From NCBI GenBank assembly GCA_964482715.1, contig CAYZYX010000003.1:1-64000 (forward strand): 64,000 bases of DNA, given 5' to 3'. Below, in pieces: positions 1 to 7,749 of this stretch (position 1 is its first letter; every line of letters starts with the position of its first letter). The notes beneath the pieces are model-generated. The model was not told where the DNA came from, searched no databases, and saw nothing but the letters and a program-made list of their open reading frames with translations. The position numbers were made by a program, and so were the translations under genes. The DNA comes from an uncultured Clostridia bacterium. GTDB taxonomy: Bacteria > Aerophobota > Aerophobia > Aerophobales > B3-G15.

Positions 1-1
1 A

Positions 2-58
2 AAGTGTCCCGTCGAAGTAAGAATACTTGGCAAGGGTGAAAGTATAAGTGTAAAATAG
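2..58 (+). CDS. 3' end of an upstream gene (KCPVEVRILGKGESISVK*), possibly a metallo-beta-lactamase-fold hydrolase C-terminus
   Basis: Open frame from the window edge to TAG 56-58; 'V.IL..GESI' resembles the end of MBL-fold hydrolases; only 18 codons visible. Confidence 0.35.
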   Translation, partial: KCPVEVRILGKGESISVK

Positions 59-96
59 AAAAGATATTATAGACTAAGACTCCTATAAACAAAACC

Positions 97-145
97 GTCC
101 CACTTCAGGACCATTTAAAGTTTATGAAATTGGGACACTTTTTTT
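97..145 (+). terminator. Possible intrinsic terminator of the upstream gene
   Basis: GTCCCACTTCA (97-107) pairs imperfectly with TGAAATTGGGAC (125-136), followed by T7 (139-145); the loop is large. Confidence 0.35.
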
Positions 146-323
146 CATGAAGATAAAGGCTCCCGGAGATACCTTGCAAGCAAGCTTTTTTGGCGAGCAG
201 AAGTTTCGCCATAGTAGAAACTTTTGCACCCACAAAAAGGAAAGACCTGCTGCACTAAAATAATAGGTGAGATACCCGGGAGCCTAAAGCAAAAGGTATA
301 GATAAAAACTGTCCTAATGTCAG
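125..323. repeat. Palindromic MITE/REP-like element or structured RNA
   Basis: Imperfect terminal IR TGAAATTGGGACA (125-137) / TGTCCTAATGTCA (310-322); perfect inner IR AGGCTCCCGG (157-166) / CCGGGAGCCT (276-285); innermost GCAGAAGTTTC / GAAACTTTTGC. Confidence 0.5.
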
Positions 324-334
324 ATCTGGAAAAG

Positions 335-362
335 TTGACGCTGAAAGAAAGTTTTGTATAAT
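335..362 (+). promoter_or_regulatory. sigma70-type promoter of ppdK
   Basis: TTGACG (335-340), 16 nt, TATAAT (357-362). Confidence 0.65.
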
Positions 363-419
363 ATTACCCAAAATTCGCTTGAGGGTCAAAATATAAGCGA
401 GAAAAGGGGAGAAAAAAGG

Positions 420-3077
420 ATGAAAAAGTATGTGTATTTTTTTGCTAAAGATAGGGCCGAGGGTTCGGCCAAAATGCGGGATATTTTAGGAGGTAAAGGA
501 GCTAATCTTGCTGAAATGGCCAATTTAGGAATTCGCGTTCCACCAGGGTTCACCATCTCCACGGAAGTTTGTGTCTATTATACTGAAAAGGGAAAGTACC
601 CGGATGGTCTTGAAGAAGAGTTAAAAGAAAATTTAAAAAAATTAGAGGAGATCACCGGTAAGAAGTTTGGGGATATTGAAAATCCCCTTCTTCTTTCAGT
701 TAGATCTGGTGCCCGGGTTTCCATGCCAGGAATGATGGACACCATTCTTAATCTGGGTTTAAATGATAAAAATGTTGAAGGTCTGGCCAAACAAACTAAC
801 AATCCGAGATTTGCTTACGACTGTTATCGCAGACTTATCCAGATGTTTGGGAACGTTGTTCTTGGCGTTTCTGGAGAGAAATTTGAGGAAGCAATAGAGA
901 AAAAGAAAGAACAAAAGGGTGTAAAAGAAGATATTGATCTCACCGCCGAAGACTTAAAAGAACTGGCGGAAGAATTCAAGAAGATTATCAAACAGGAAAC
1001 AGGAAAAGATTTTCCTCAAGATCCATTTGAACAGCTGGCAATGGCCCGGGATGCTGTCTTCAAAAGCTGGAATAACAAAAGGGCCATTGAGTACCGCAGG
1101 CTGCACAAAATTCCCGAACACTGGGGGACTGCTGTTAATGTTCAAACCATGGTTTTTGGAAACATGGGAAATGACTCTGGAACAGGGGTGGGATTTACCA
1201 GGGACCCGGCTACCGGAGAGAAAATCCTTTATGGGGAGTACTTAATGAATGCTCAGGGAGAAGATGTAGTTGCTGGAATAAGAACTCCCAAATATCTTTC
1301 CAGTTTGAAAGAGGAGATGCCCGAGATTTATAAGGAGCTGGAGGAAATCACCGAGAGATTGGAAAAACATTATAAAGATGTTCAAGATTTTGAGTTCACT
1401 ATAGAAAGAGGAACCCTTTATCTTCTCCAAACAAGAACAGGAAAAAGAACAGCTCAGGCAGCAGTTAAAATAGCAACTGACATGGTGAGAGAAGGACTTA
1501 TAACCAAGGAGGAGGCCATACTGAGAGTTGAACCCTCACAACTGGAACAGCTTTTACATCCTCGCATTGATCCTAAAGCTAAAGTAGAAGTTTTAGCTAC
1601 TGGTTTACCTGCTTCGCCTGGAGCTGCTACCGGAGCTGTAGTGTTCAGTGCAGACAAAGCAGTGGAGATGGCCAATGATGGGAGAAGGGTTATTTTGGTT
1701 CGTAGAGAAACCTCTCCCGAGGATATTCATGGTATGGCAGTTGCTCAAGGGATTTTAACCTCAAGAGGTGGGATGACTTCCCATGCAGCTGTGGTTGCCC
1801 GAGGAATGGGAAAACCCTGTGTAGCAGGCTGTGAAGCAATAAAGGTTGAAGAAGAAAAGGGCTTTTTTACTGTGAATGGAATGATCTTTAGGGAAGGTGA
1901 TTACATAACAATTGATGGAAGCTCTGGACGGGTAATAAAAGGAGAAGTACCCACCATTCAACCTCAATTAAGTGGCGATTTTAAAGAGTTACTTGATTGG
2001 GCTGATGAGGTAAGGACTCTTGGAGTAAGAGCCAATGCTGATACTCCACGTGATGCCAGAGTTGCTCGAGAAATGGGAGCCGAAGGTATTGGACTTTGCC
2101 GGACAGAACATATGTTTTTTGGGGAAGATAGACTTCCCCATGTGCAAAAGATGATCCTTGCCCAGGATGAGAAAGAGAGAAAAGAAGCACTGGATAAACT
2201 TGAGCCTATGCAAAGAGGAGATTTTAGGGAGATTCTGAATGAAATGGAGGGTTTACCGGTGATAATTAGACTGTTAGACCCCCCATTGCACGAATTTTTA
2301 CCTAACTATGAAGAGCTTCTTGTAGAGGTAACCAAACTGAAACTCCAGGGTGGGGATCAGAAAGAGATTGAGGAAAAAGAAAGACTCATGCGGCGGATTC
2401 TTGACCTCAAAGAGATGAATCCTATGCTTGGTCACAGAGGGTGTCGCCTGGGAATAACCTTTCCCGAAATTTATGAAATGCAGGCCAGGGCTATTTTTGA
2501 AGCTGCTGCTGAGCTTTATTCGGAAGGGAAAAAAGTTTTACCGGAAGTTATGATTCCTCTGGTTATTGAGGAAAGAGAACTTTCCATTTTAAAAGAAAGA
2601 ATTAAGCAAATTGCCAGGGAGGTTATGCAAGAAAAAGGGGTTGACTTTGAGTATAAAATAGGTACAATGATAGAACTACCAAGAGCTGCACTTTGTGCAG
2701 ATAGAATAGCTAAGGTAGCGGACTTCTTTTCCTTTGGAACCAACGATTTGACACAGACGACCTTTGGCTTTAGCCGGGACGATGCTGAAGGGAAGTTCTT
2801 GCCTGCTTATCTGGAAAAGAAGATTCTCGCGGATGATCCATTTCAAGTTTTAGACCAGGAGGGTGTAGGACAACTTGTGAATATGGGAACAAAAAAGGGT
2901 AAAAGTGCCAATCCTGATCTGGAGGTTGGAATCTGCGGAGAACACGGAGGGGAGCCTTCTTCGGTTAAGTTCTGTTATCGTACAGGGCTTGACTATGTGA
3001 GTTGTTCTCCTTATCGTGTCCCAGTAGCTCGCTTGGCTGCTGCACAAGCCAGATTAGAGGAAAAAGAGAAAAACTAA
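420..3077 (+). CDS. ppdK: Pyruvate, phosphate dikinase
   Basis: LGGKGANLAEM, SVRSGARVSMPGMMDT, GGMTSHAAVVAR (phospho-His), GIGLCRTEHMF, FSFGTNDLTQ, CGEHGG; ATG 420 after a purine-rich RBS. Confidence 0.97.
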   Translation: MKKYVYFFAKDRAEGSAKMRDILGGKGANLAEMANLGIRVPPGFTISTEVCVYYTEKGKYPDGLEEELKENLKKLEEITGKKFGDIENPLLLSVRSGARVSMPGMMDTILNLGLNDKNVEGLAKQTNNPRFAYDCYRRLIQMFGNVVLGVSGEKFEEAIEKKKEQKGVKEDIDLTAEDLKELAEEFKKIIKQETGKDFPQDPFEQLAMARDAVFKSWNNKRAIEYRRLHKIPEHWGTAVNVQTMVFGNMGNDSGTGVGFTRDPATGEKILYGEYLMNAQGEDVVAGIRTPKYLSSLKEEMPEIYKELEEITERLEKHYKDVQDFEFTIERGTLYLLQTRTGKRTAQAAVKIATDMVREGLITKEEAILRVEPSQLEQLLHPRIDPKAKVEVLATGLPASPGAATGAVVFSADKAVEMANDGRRVILVRRETSPEDIHGMAVAQGILTSRGGMTSHAAVVARGMGKPCVAGCEAIKVEEEKGFFTVNGMIFREGDYITIDGSSGRVIKGEVPTIQPQLSGDFKELLDWADEVRTLGVRANADTPRDARVAREMGAEGIGLCRTEHMFFGEDRLPHVQKMILAQDEKERKEALDKLEPMQRGDFREILNEMEGLPVIIRLLDPPLHEFLPNYEELLVEVTKLKLQGGDQKEIEEKERLMRRILDLKEMNPMLGHRGCRLGITFPEIYEMQARAIFEAAAELYSEGKKVLPEVMIPLVIEERELSILKERIKQIAREVMQEKGVDFEYKIGTMIELPRAALCADRIAKVADFFSFGTNDLTQTTFGFSRDDAEGKFLPAYLEKKILADDPFQVLDQEGVGQLVNMGTKKGKSANPDLEVGICGEHGGEPSSVKFCYRTGLDYVSCSPYRVPVARLAAAQARLEEKEKN

Positions 3078-3134
3078 TATCCGGATCGGGAGGCAGGTTA
3101 AAAGCAGGACAGCCTGGCGCCCTGAGGGGAAGGG

Positions 3135-3162
3135 TTGTCATTTTTGATTTATTGGATATAAT
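3135..3162 (+). promoter_or_regulatory. sigma70-type promoter of the tRNA-tuf operon
   Basis: TTGTCA (3135-3140), 16 nt, TATAAT (3157-3162), 17 nt before tRNA-Tyr. Confidence 0.6.
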
Positions 3163-3179
3163 TAATGCTTGACAGGTGA

Positions 3180-3265
3180 GGGGAGGTGCCAGAGTGGCCA
3201 AATGGGGCGGGCTGTAAACCCGTTGGCGATTGCCTACGATGGTTCGAATCCATCCCTCCCCACCA
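3180..3265 (+). tRNA. tRNA-Tyr(GTA)
   Basis: Acceptor GGGGAGG/CCTCCCC, anticodon arm GCGGG-CTGTAAA-CCCGT, long variable arm, GGTTCGAATCC, encoded CCA. Confidence 0.95.
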
Positions 3266-3297
3266 TGAATCTAAAAGTAAGGTGCGGATAACAATTT

Positions 3298-3370
3298 GCC
3301 CACGTGGCTCAGGGGGAAGAGCGCATCCTTGGTAAGGATGAGGTCACCGGTTCGAATCCGGTCGTGGGCT
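3298..3370 (+). tRNA. tRNA-Thr(GGT), CCA not encoded
   Basis: Acceptor GCCCACG/CGTGGGC, anticodon arm CATCC-TTGGTAA-GGATG, GGTTCGAATCC; followed by CTA. Confidence 0.95.
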
Positions 3371-3421
3371 CTACTTTATAATTTTAGTTGAGATTACCCA
3401 TCATTTAAGGAGGAAACAAAG

Positions 3422-4624
3422 ATGGCCAGAGAAAAATTTGTTAGAACAAAGCCACATGTCAACATTGGAACCATAGGACATGTGGATCATGGTAAAAGCA
3501 CTTTAACAGCAGCTATTACTCAAATATTAGCCAAAAGGGAACTGGCTCAGGCTATGACCGTTGATGAGATTGATAAAGCTCCTGAAGAAAAAGAGAGAGG
3601 TTTAACAATTTGTATTGCTCACATCGAGTATGAAACAGAAAAAAGACACTATGCTCATATAGATTGTCCAGGTCACGCTGACTATATCAAGAATATGATT
3701 ACCGGTGCTGCCCAGATGGATGGAGCCATTCTGGTGGTTTCTGCGGCTGATGGGGCAATGCCTCAAACCCGAGAACACATTCTTCTGGCAAGGCAGGTGA
3801 ATGTGCCGGCAATAGTTGTTTTCTTAAACAAAGTAGATCAGGTGGAGGATAAAGAACTCTTAGAACTTGTGGAACTGGAAGTAAGAGAACTTCTGTCAAA
3901 GTATGAATTTCCAGGAGACGATTTACCGGTTATCAAAGGGTCTGCACTTCAATGTTTGGAATGTTTGTGTGGAAAAGAAGATTGCCCCAAATGTGGTCCT
4001 ATTTTAGAGCTTTTGAAGGCTGTTGATGAGTATATTCCCGAGCCGGTCAGAGAGGTTGATAAACCCTTCTTGCTTGCTATAGAAGATATATTCTCCATCA
4101 CCGGTAGAGGTACGGTAGTTACTGGAAGAGTTGAAAGAGGAAGGATCAAGGTGGGAGATTCTGTGGAGATAGTAGGTATGTCCAAGGAAGTGAGGAAAAC
4201 CGTGGCAACCGGTCTGGAGATGTTCAGAAAGACACTGGATGAGGCCCAGGCAGGAGATAATATCGGTGTACTTTTAAGAGGAATTGAAAAGAACGAAGTT
4301 AAAAGAGGAATGGTTCTGGCAGCTCCGGGTACCATCACACCTCATACTAAGTTTGAAGGAGAGGTTTATGTCTTGAGTAAAGAAGAAGGGGGAAGACATA
4401 CTCCTTTCTTTGAAGGATACAGGCCCCAGTTTTACTTCAGGACTACCGACGTTACCGGAGATATTTCTCTACCAGAAGGAGTTGAAATGGTGATGCCTGG
4501 TGATAATGTTCGACTGACAGTGAAGCTCATCACTCCTGTGGCTATGGAAGAAGGACTGAGATTTGCAATTCGTGAGGGAGGTCGAACTGTTGGTGCAGGA
4601 GTTGTTACTAAAATTATAGAATAA
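3422..4624 (+). CDS. tuf: Elongation factor Tu
   Basis: [43 protein letters not shown]. Confidence 0.99.
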   Translation: MAREKFVRTKPHVNIGTIGHVDHGKSTLTAAITQILAKRELAQAMTVDEIDKAPEEKERGLTICIAHIEYETEKRHYAHIDCPGHADYIKNMITGAAQMDGAILVVSAADGAMPQTREHILLARQVNVPAIVVFLNKVDQVEDKELLELVELEVRELLSKYEFPGDDLPVIKGSALQCLECLCGKEDCPKCGPILELLKAVDEYIPEPVREVDKPFLLAIEDIFSITGRGTVVTGRVERGRIKVGDSVEIVGMSKEVRKTVATGLEMFRKTLDEAQAGDNIGVLLRGIEKNEVKRGMVLAAPGTITPHTKFEGEVYVLSKEEGGRHTPFFEGYRPQFYFRTTDVTGDISLPEGVEMVMPGDNVRLTVKLITPVAMEEGLRFAIREGGRTVGAGVVTKIIE

Positions 4625-4636
4625 AAGGATACCTTC

Positions 4637-4777
4637 GTGGCAGAGATAGTAACCCTCATGTGTACTGAGTGTAAGTCCAGAAATTATACTACGACGCGAA
4701 GTAAAAAAACCTCTTCTTTGTCCTTAAAGAAATACTGTAAATTTTGTCGTAAGCATACCCTCCACAAAGAAAAGTAG
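4637..4777 (+). CDS. rpmG: 50S ribosomal protein L33 (zinc type, 46 aa; not in ORF track)
   Basis: GTG start; [46 protein letters not shown]; canonical tuf-rpmG-secE position. Confidence 0.93.
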   Translation: MAEIVTLMCTECKSRNYTTTRSKKTSSLSLKKYCKFCRKHTLHKEK

Positions 4778-4852
4778 GTCCGTAGCTCAAGTGGCTAGAG
4801 CACCGGATTCCAAATCCGGAGGTTGCGGGTTCGAGTCCTGCCGGGCCTGCCA
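4776..4852 (+). tRNA. tRNA-Trp(CCA)
   Basis: Acceptor AGGTCCG/CGGGCCT, anticodon arm CCGGA-TTCCAAA-TCCGG, GGTTCGAGTCC, G discriminator, CCA. Confidence 0.95.
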
Positions 4853-4933
4853 GTGGGTTTTATTCCTTCCAGAAGAGGAAAGCGTTAGATAAAGAGGAGA
4901 TGAGAATAATTTGTCACCAGGAAGAGGGGCTAA

Positions 4934-5119
4934 ATGGCTAACAAAATAAGCGGTTTTCTTCGTTCGGTGAGGGCAGAGGCAAAGAAAATAACCTGGCCTT
5001 CGCGGTCTGAGATTATAAAGTCTACTATAGTTGTAATTGTAACTATAATTATCTTTGCCATTATTATTGGAGGTATAGATGTATTATTTTTACAGGTTTT
5101 AAAACTCCTTCTGGGATAA
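4934..5119 (+). CDS. secE: Preprotein translocase subunit SecE
   Basis: EAKKITWPSR motif plus one TM helix; precedes nusG. Confidence 0.95.
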   Translation: MANKISGFLRSVRAEAKKITWPSRSEIIKSTIVVIVTIIIFAIIIGGIDVLFLQVLKLLLG

Positions 5120-5122
5120 AAG

Positions 5123-5653
5123 ATGAGTAAAAAGTGGTATGCGATTCATACTTATGCAGGTCAGGAAGATAAGGTCAAAGCTAATTTAGAACAGAGGATC
5201 GAATCCTTTGGTGTGAAGGATAAGATCTCGCGCATACTTATTCCCAAGGAGAAGATAGCTGAGGTTAGAGATGGAAAAAGAAGAATCTATAAAAGGAAAT
5301 TTTTTCCCGGATATATATTGGTTGAAGCCGAGCTTGATGATCAGACTCAGTATATAATAAGAAATACGCCTGGAGTTACCGGATTCGTGGGACCTAAGAA
5401 TAAGCCAGTCCCTCTGGATAAGAAAGAAGTGGATAATATAGAATACCGGATGGGACTTCTGGAAAAGAAGCCTAAACCGGGAGTGGTTTTTGAGGTGGGA
5501 GAAAATATCCGAATTACTAAAGGTCCTTTCACCAACTTTCAGGGTGAGATAATTGAAGTGAACCCACAACAACAAAGACTTAAGGTTCTTGTATCAATTT
5601 TTGGGAGGGAAACTCCAGTAGAATTAGAATACGTTAATGTGGAGAAATTATAA
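5123..5653 (+). CDS. nusG: Transcription antitermination factor NusG
   Basis: [30 protein letters not shown] domain, [12 protein letters not shown]. Confidence 0.98.
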   Translation: MSKKWYAIHTYAGQEDKVKANLEQRIESFGVKDKISRILIPKEKIAEVRDGKRRIYKRKFFPGYILVEAELDDQTQYIIRNTPGVTGFVGPKNKPVPLDKKEVDNIEYRMGLLEKKPKPGVVFEVGENIRITKGPFTNFQGEIIEVNPQQQRLKVLVSIFGRETPVELEYVNVEKL

Positions 5654-6084
5654 TGGCAAAAAAACCAGTTGTAGCTCAAATAAAACTGCAAATACCTGCG
5701 GGAAAGGCTAATCCCGCTCCACCTGTAGGTCCAGCACTGGGCCAGCATGGGGTCAATATCATGGAGTTTTGTAAGGCTTTTAATGAACGGACAAAAAACG
5801 AGGGTGATGTTATTATTCCAGTGGTTATAACTGTGTACAAAGACAGGTCCTTCACGTTTGAGCTAAAAACCCCACCCGCATCATCTCTCTTAAAAATGGC
5901 AGCTAAGATAGAGAAAGGTTCCGGTGAGCCCAACAGGAAAAAGGTAGGCAAGGTTACCAGAAAAGATATTGAGAGAATCGCTAAGATAAAACTTCGGGAC
6001 CTTAACGCTTACGATCTTGAAAAAGCTATGAAGATTATTGAGGGAACAGCAAAAAATATGGGATTAGAGATTGTTGAGGAGTGA
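5653..6084 (+). CDS. rplK: 50S ribosomal protein L11
   Basis: [29 protein letters not shown]. Confidence 0.99.
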   Translation: MAKKPVVAQIKLQIPAGKANPAPPVGPALGQHGVNIMEFCKAFNERTKNEGDVIIPVVITVYKDRSFTFELKTPPASSLLKMAAKIEKGSGEPNRKKVGKVTRKDIERIAKIKLRDLNAYDLEKAMKIIEGTAKNMGLEIVEE

Positions 6085-6088
6085 TTTT

Positions 6089-6772
6089 ATGTCCAGAAGA
6101 GGGAAAAAATATCTGGAGATGCGAAAAAAAGTGGAAGATAGAACCTATTCTCCACAGGAGGCCATAAAACTACTTAAGGAGATTTCCAATCGGAAATTTG
6201 AGGAGACAGTAGAAATAGCTGTTGCTTTAAATATAAGACCCAGAGAGAAGGGAGAACGTGTAAGAGGAACGGTGATTTTACCCCGGGGTTTAGGGAAAAA
6301 GGTCAAGGTTCTGGTTTTCGCTACCGGAGAACAGGCTGAAGAGGCCAGAAAAGCGGGTGCTGAATATGTGGGAGGAGAAGAGCTGATTCAGAAGGTGGAA
6401 AAAGGTTGGTTTGATTTTGATGCTGTTGTTTCCACACCCCAGATGATGAGATTTGTAGCCAGATTGGGAAGAATACTTGGTCCTAAAGGATTAATGCCTT
6501 CTCCCAAGGTAGGAACAGTGACTGACAGTCCTGGAAAAGTGGTGGAGGAGATTAATAAGGGGAAAATTGAATACAGAAACGACGCTACCGGTGTTGTGCA
6601 TGCACCTCTTGGAAAGGTTTCTTTCGAAGAAGAGGCACTTCTGGAGAATTTTCAAACCCTAATGAAAGCTCTGGAAAAAGATAAACCCTCAACCGTTAAG
6701 GGAAGATATATAAAAAGTGTTTACCTTTCATCTACTATGGGGCCAGGAATAAAGATAAATTACACAGGATAA
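6089..6772 (+). CDS. rplA: 50S ribosomal protein L1
   Basis: [29 protein letters not shown] 6089 after GAGGAG. Confidence 0.98.
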   Translation: MSRRGKKYLEMRKKVEDRTYSPQEAIKLLKEISNRKFEETVEIAVALNIRPREKGERVRGTVILPRGLGKKVKVLVFATGEQAEEARKAGAEYVGGEELIQKVEKGWFDFDAVVSTPQMMRFVARLGRILGPKGLMPSPKVGTVTDSPGKVVEEINKGKIEYRNDATGVVHAPLGKVSFEEEALLENFQTLMKALEKDKPSTVKGRYIKSVYLSSTMGPGIKINYTG

Positions 6773-6782
6773 AAGGGAAAAG

Positions 6783-7724
6783 ATGAAACTCAACGAGAAA
6801 AAAGAGAAAGTAAGGTGGTTACAGGAAAATTTTCTGAATAATGAGGCTATAATTGTTGTGGATTATCAGGGTCTTAAGGTAAGTGAACTTACACAGCTAC
6901 GAAGAATGTTGAGAGAATGCAAGGCTACATTCAAAGTGGTTAAGAATACCTTAGCCCAGAGAGGTGCTGAACAGGTTAATTTGAGAGACCTTATTTCGTT
7001 CTTTATGGGACCCACAGGAATTGTTTTCGTTTCAGAGGAACCGGTTCTTTCGGCTAAGAGGCTTAAGGAGTTCATGGAAGAACACCCGAATTTAAAAATT
7101 AAAGGAGGTTTCTTAGCCGGTGAACTTCTGGATACAGAAGGAGTGATCTCTCTTGCCTCTTTACCGGGCAGAGAAGTTCTGGTGGGTCAGTTTTTAAGCC
7201 AGCTCCAGTCACCTTTAATGTATTTTTTGAGTGCTTTAATATCACCTTTGCAGAATTTTCTCTGGGCAATAAATTCTATTATTGAAGAAAAAAAAGGAGG
7301 ATCATCAATGGCACCTCAGTCTAACCAGGAAGTTAAGGAAAAAAAGGAAAATCGGAAGGAAATCATAATTAAAGCAATTGAGGAGATGAACATTCTTGAA
7401 CTTTCAGAGCTGGTTAAAGAATTGGAGGAGAAATTTGGCATTAAAGCTGCTGTTCCTCAGGTTGCTGTAGCGGCAGCGGCCTCTGGTGCTGAAAAGCCGG
7501 CCGAAGAAGAAAAAACGGAATTCGACGTTATTCTCGCTGAGGTGGGCAGTAAGAAAATTCAGGTAATTAAGGAAGTCAGAAAACTCACCAACCTGGGACT
7601 CAAAGAGGCAAAAGATCTGGTGGAATCTGCCCCCACACCCATAAGAGAAGGAGTCAGTAAGGAGGAGGCTCAAAAAATAAAAGAGACTCTGGAAGCAGTA
7701 GGAGCAAAAGTAGAGATAAAATAA
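6783..7724 (+). CDS. rplJ: 50S ribosomal protein L10 fused in frame to L7/L12 (313 aa)
   Basis: L10 motifs [30 protein letters not shown]; no stop before the L12 part. Confidence 0.88.
   Translation: MKLNEKKEKVRWLQENFLNNEAIIVVDYQGLKVSELTQLRRMLRECKATFKVVKNTLAQRGAEQVNLRDLISFFMGPTGIVFVSEEPVLSAKRLKEFMEEHPNLKIKGGFLAGELLDTEGVISLASLPGREVLVGQFLSQLQSPLMYFLSALISPLQNFLWAINSIIEEKKGGSSMAPQSNQEVKEKKENRKEIIIKAIEEMNILELSELVKELEEKFGIKAAVPQVAVAAAASGAEKPAEEEKTEFDVILAEVGSKKIQVIKEVRKLTNLGLKEAKDLVESAPTPIREGVSKEEAQKIKETLEAVGAKVEIK
7308..7724 (+). CDS. rplL: 50S ribosomal protein L7/L12 (internal in-frame start)
   Basis: AGGAGG 7295-7300 plus in-frame ATG 7308; [43 protein letters not shown]. Confidence 0.9.
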   Translation: MAPQSNQEVKEKKENRKEIIIKAIEEMNILELSELVKELEEKFGIKAAVPQVAVAAAASGAEKPAEEEKTEFDVILAEVGSKKIQVIKEVRKLTNLGLKEAKDLVESAPTPIREGVSKEEAQKIKETLEAVGAKVEIK

Positions 7725-7749
7725 AAAAATAAAAAGGAGAAAATAATCC

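Noticed and set aside
354-419. 22-aa N-terminal extension of PpdK from TTG 354 (similar extensions for rplA, rplC, rpsH, rpoA, pilO)
   Set aside because: It overlaps the -10 box; downstream starts have RBSs and match family N-termini
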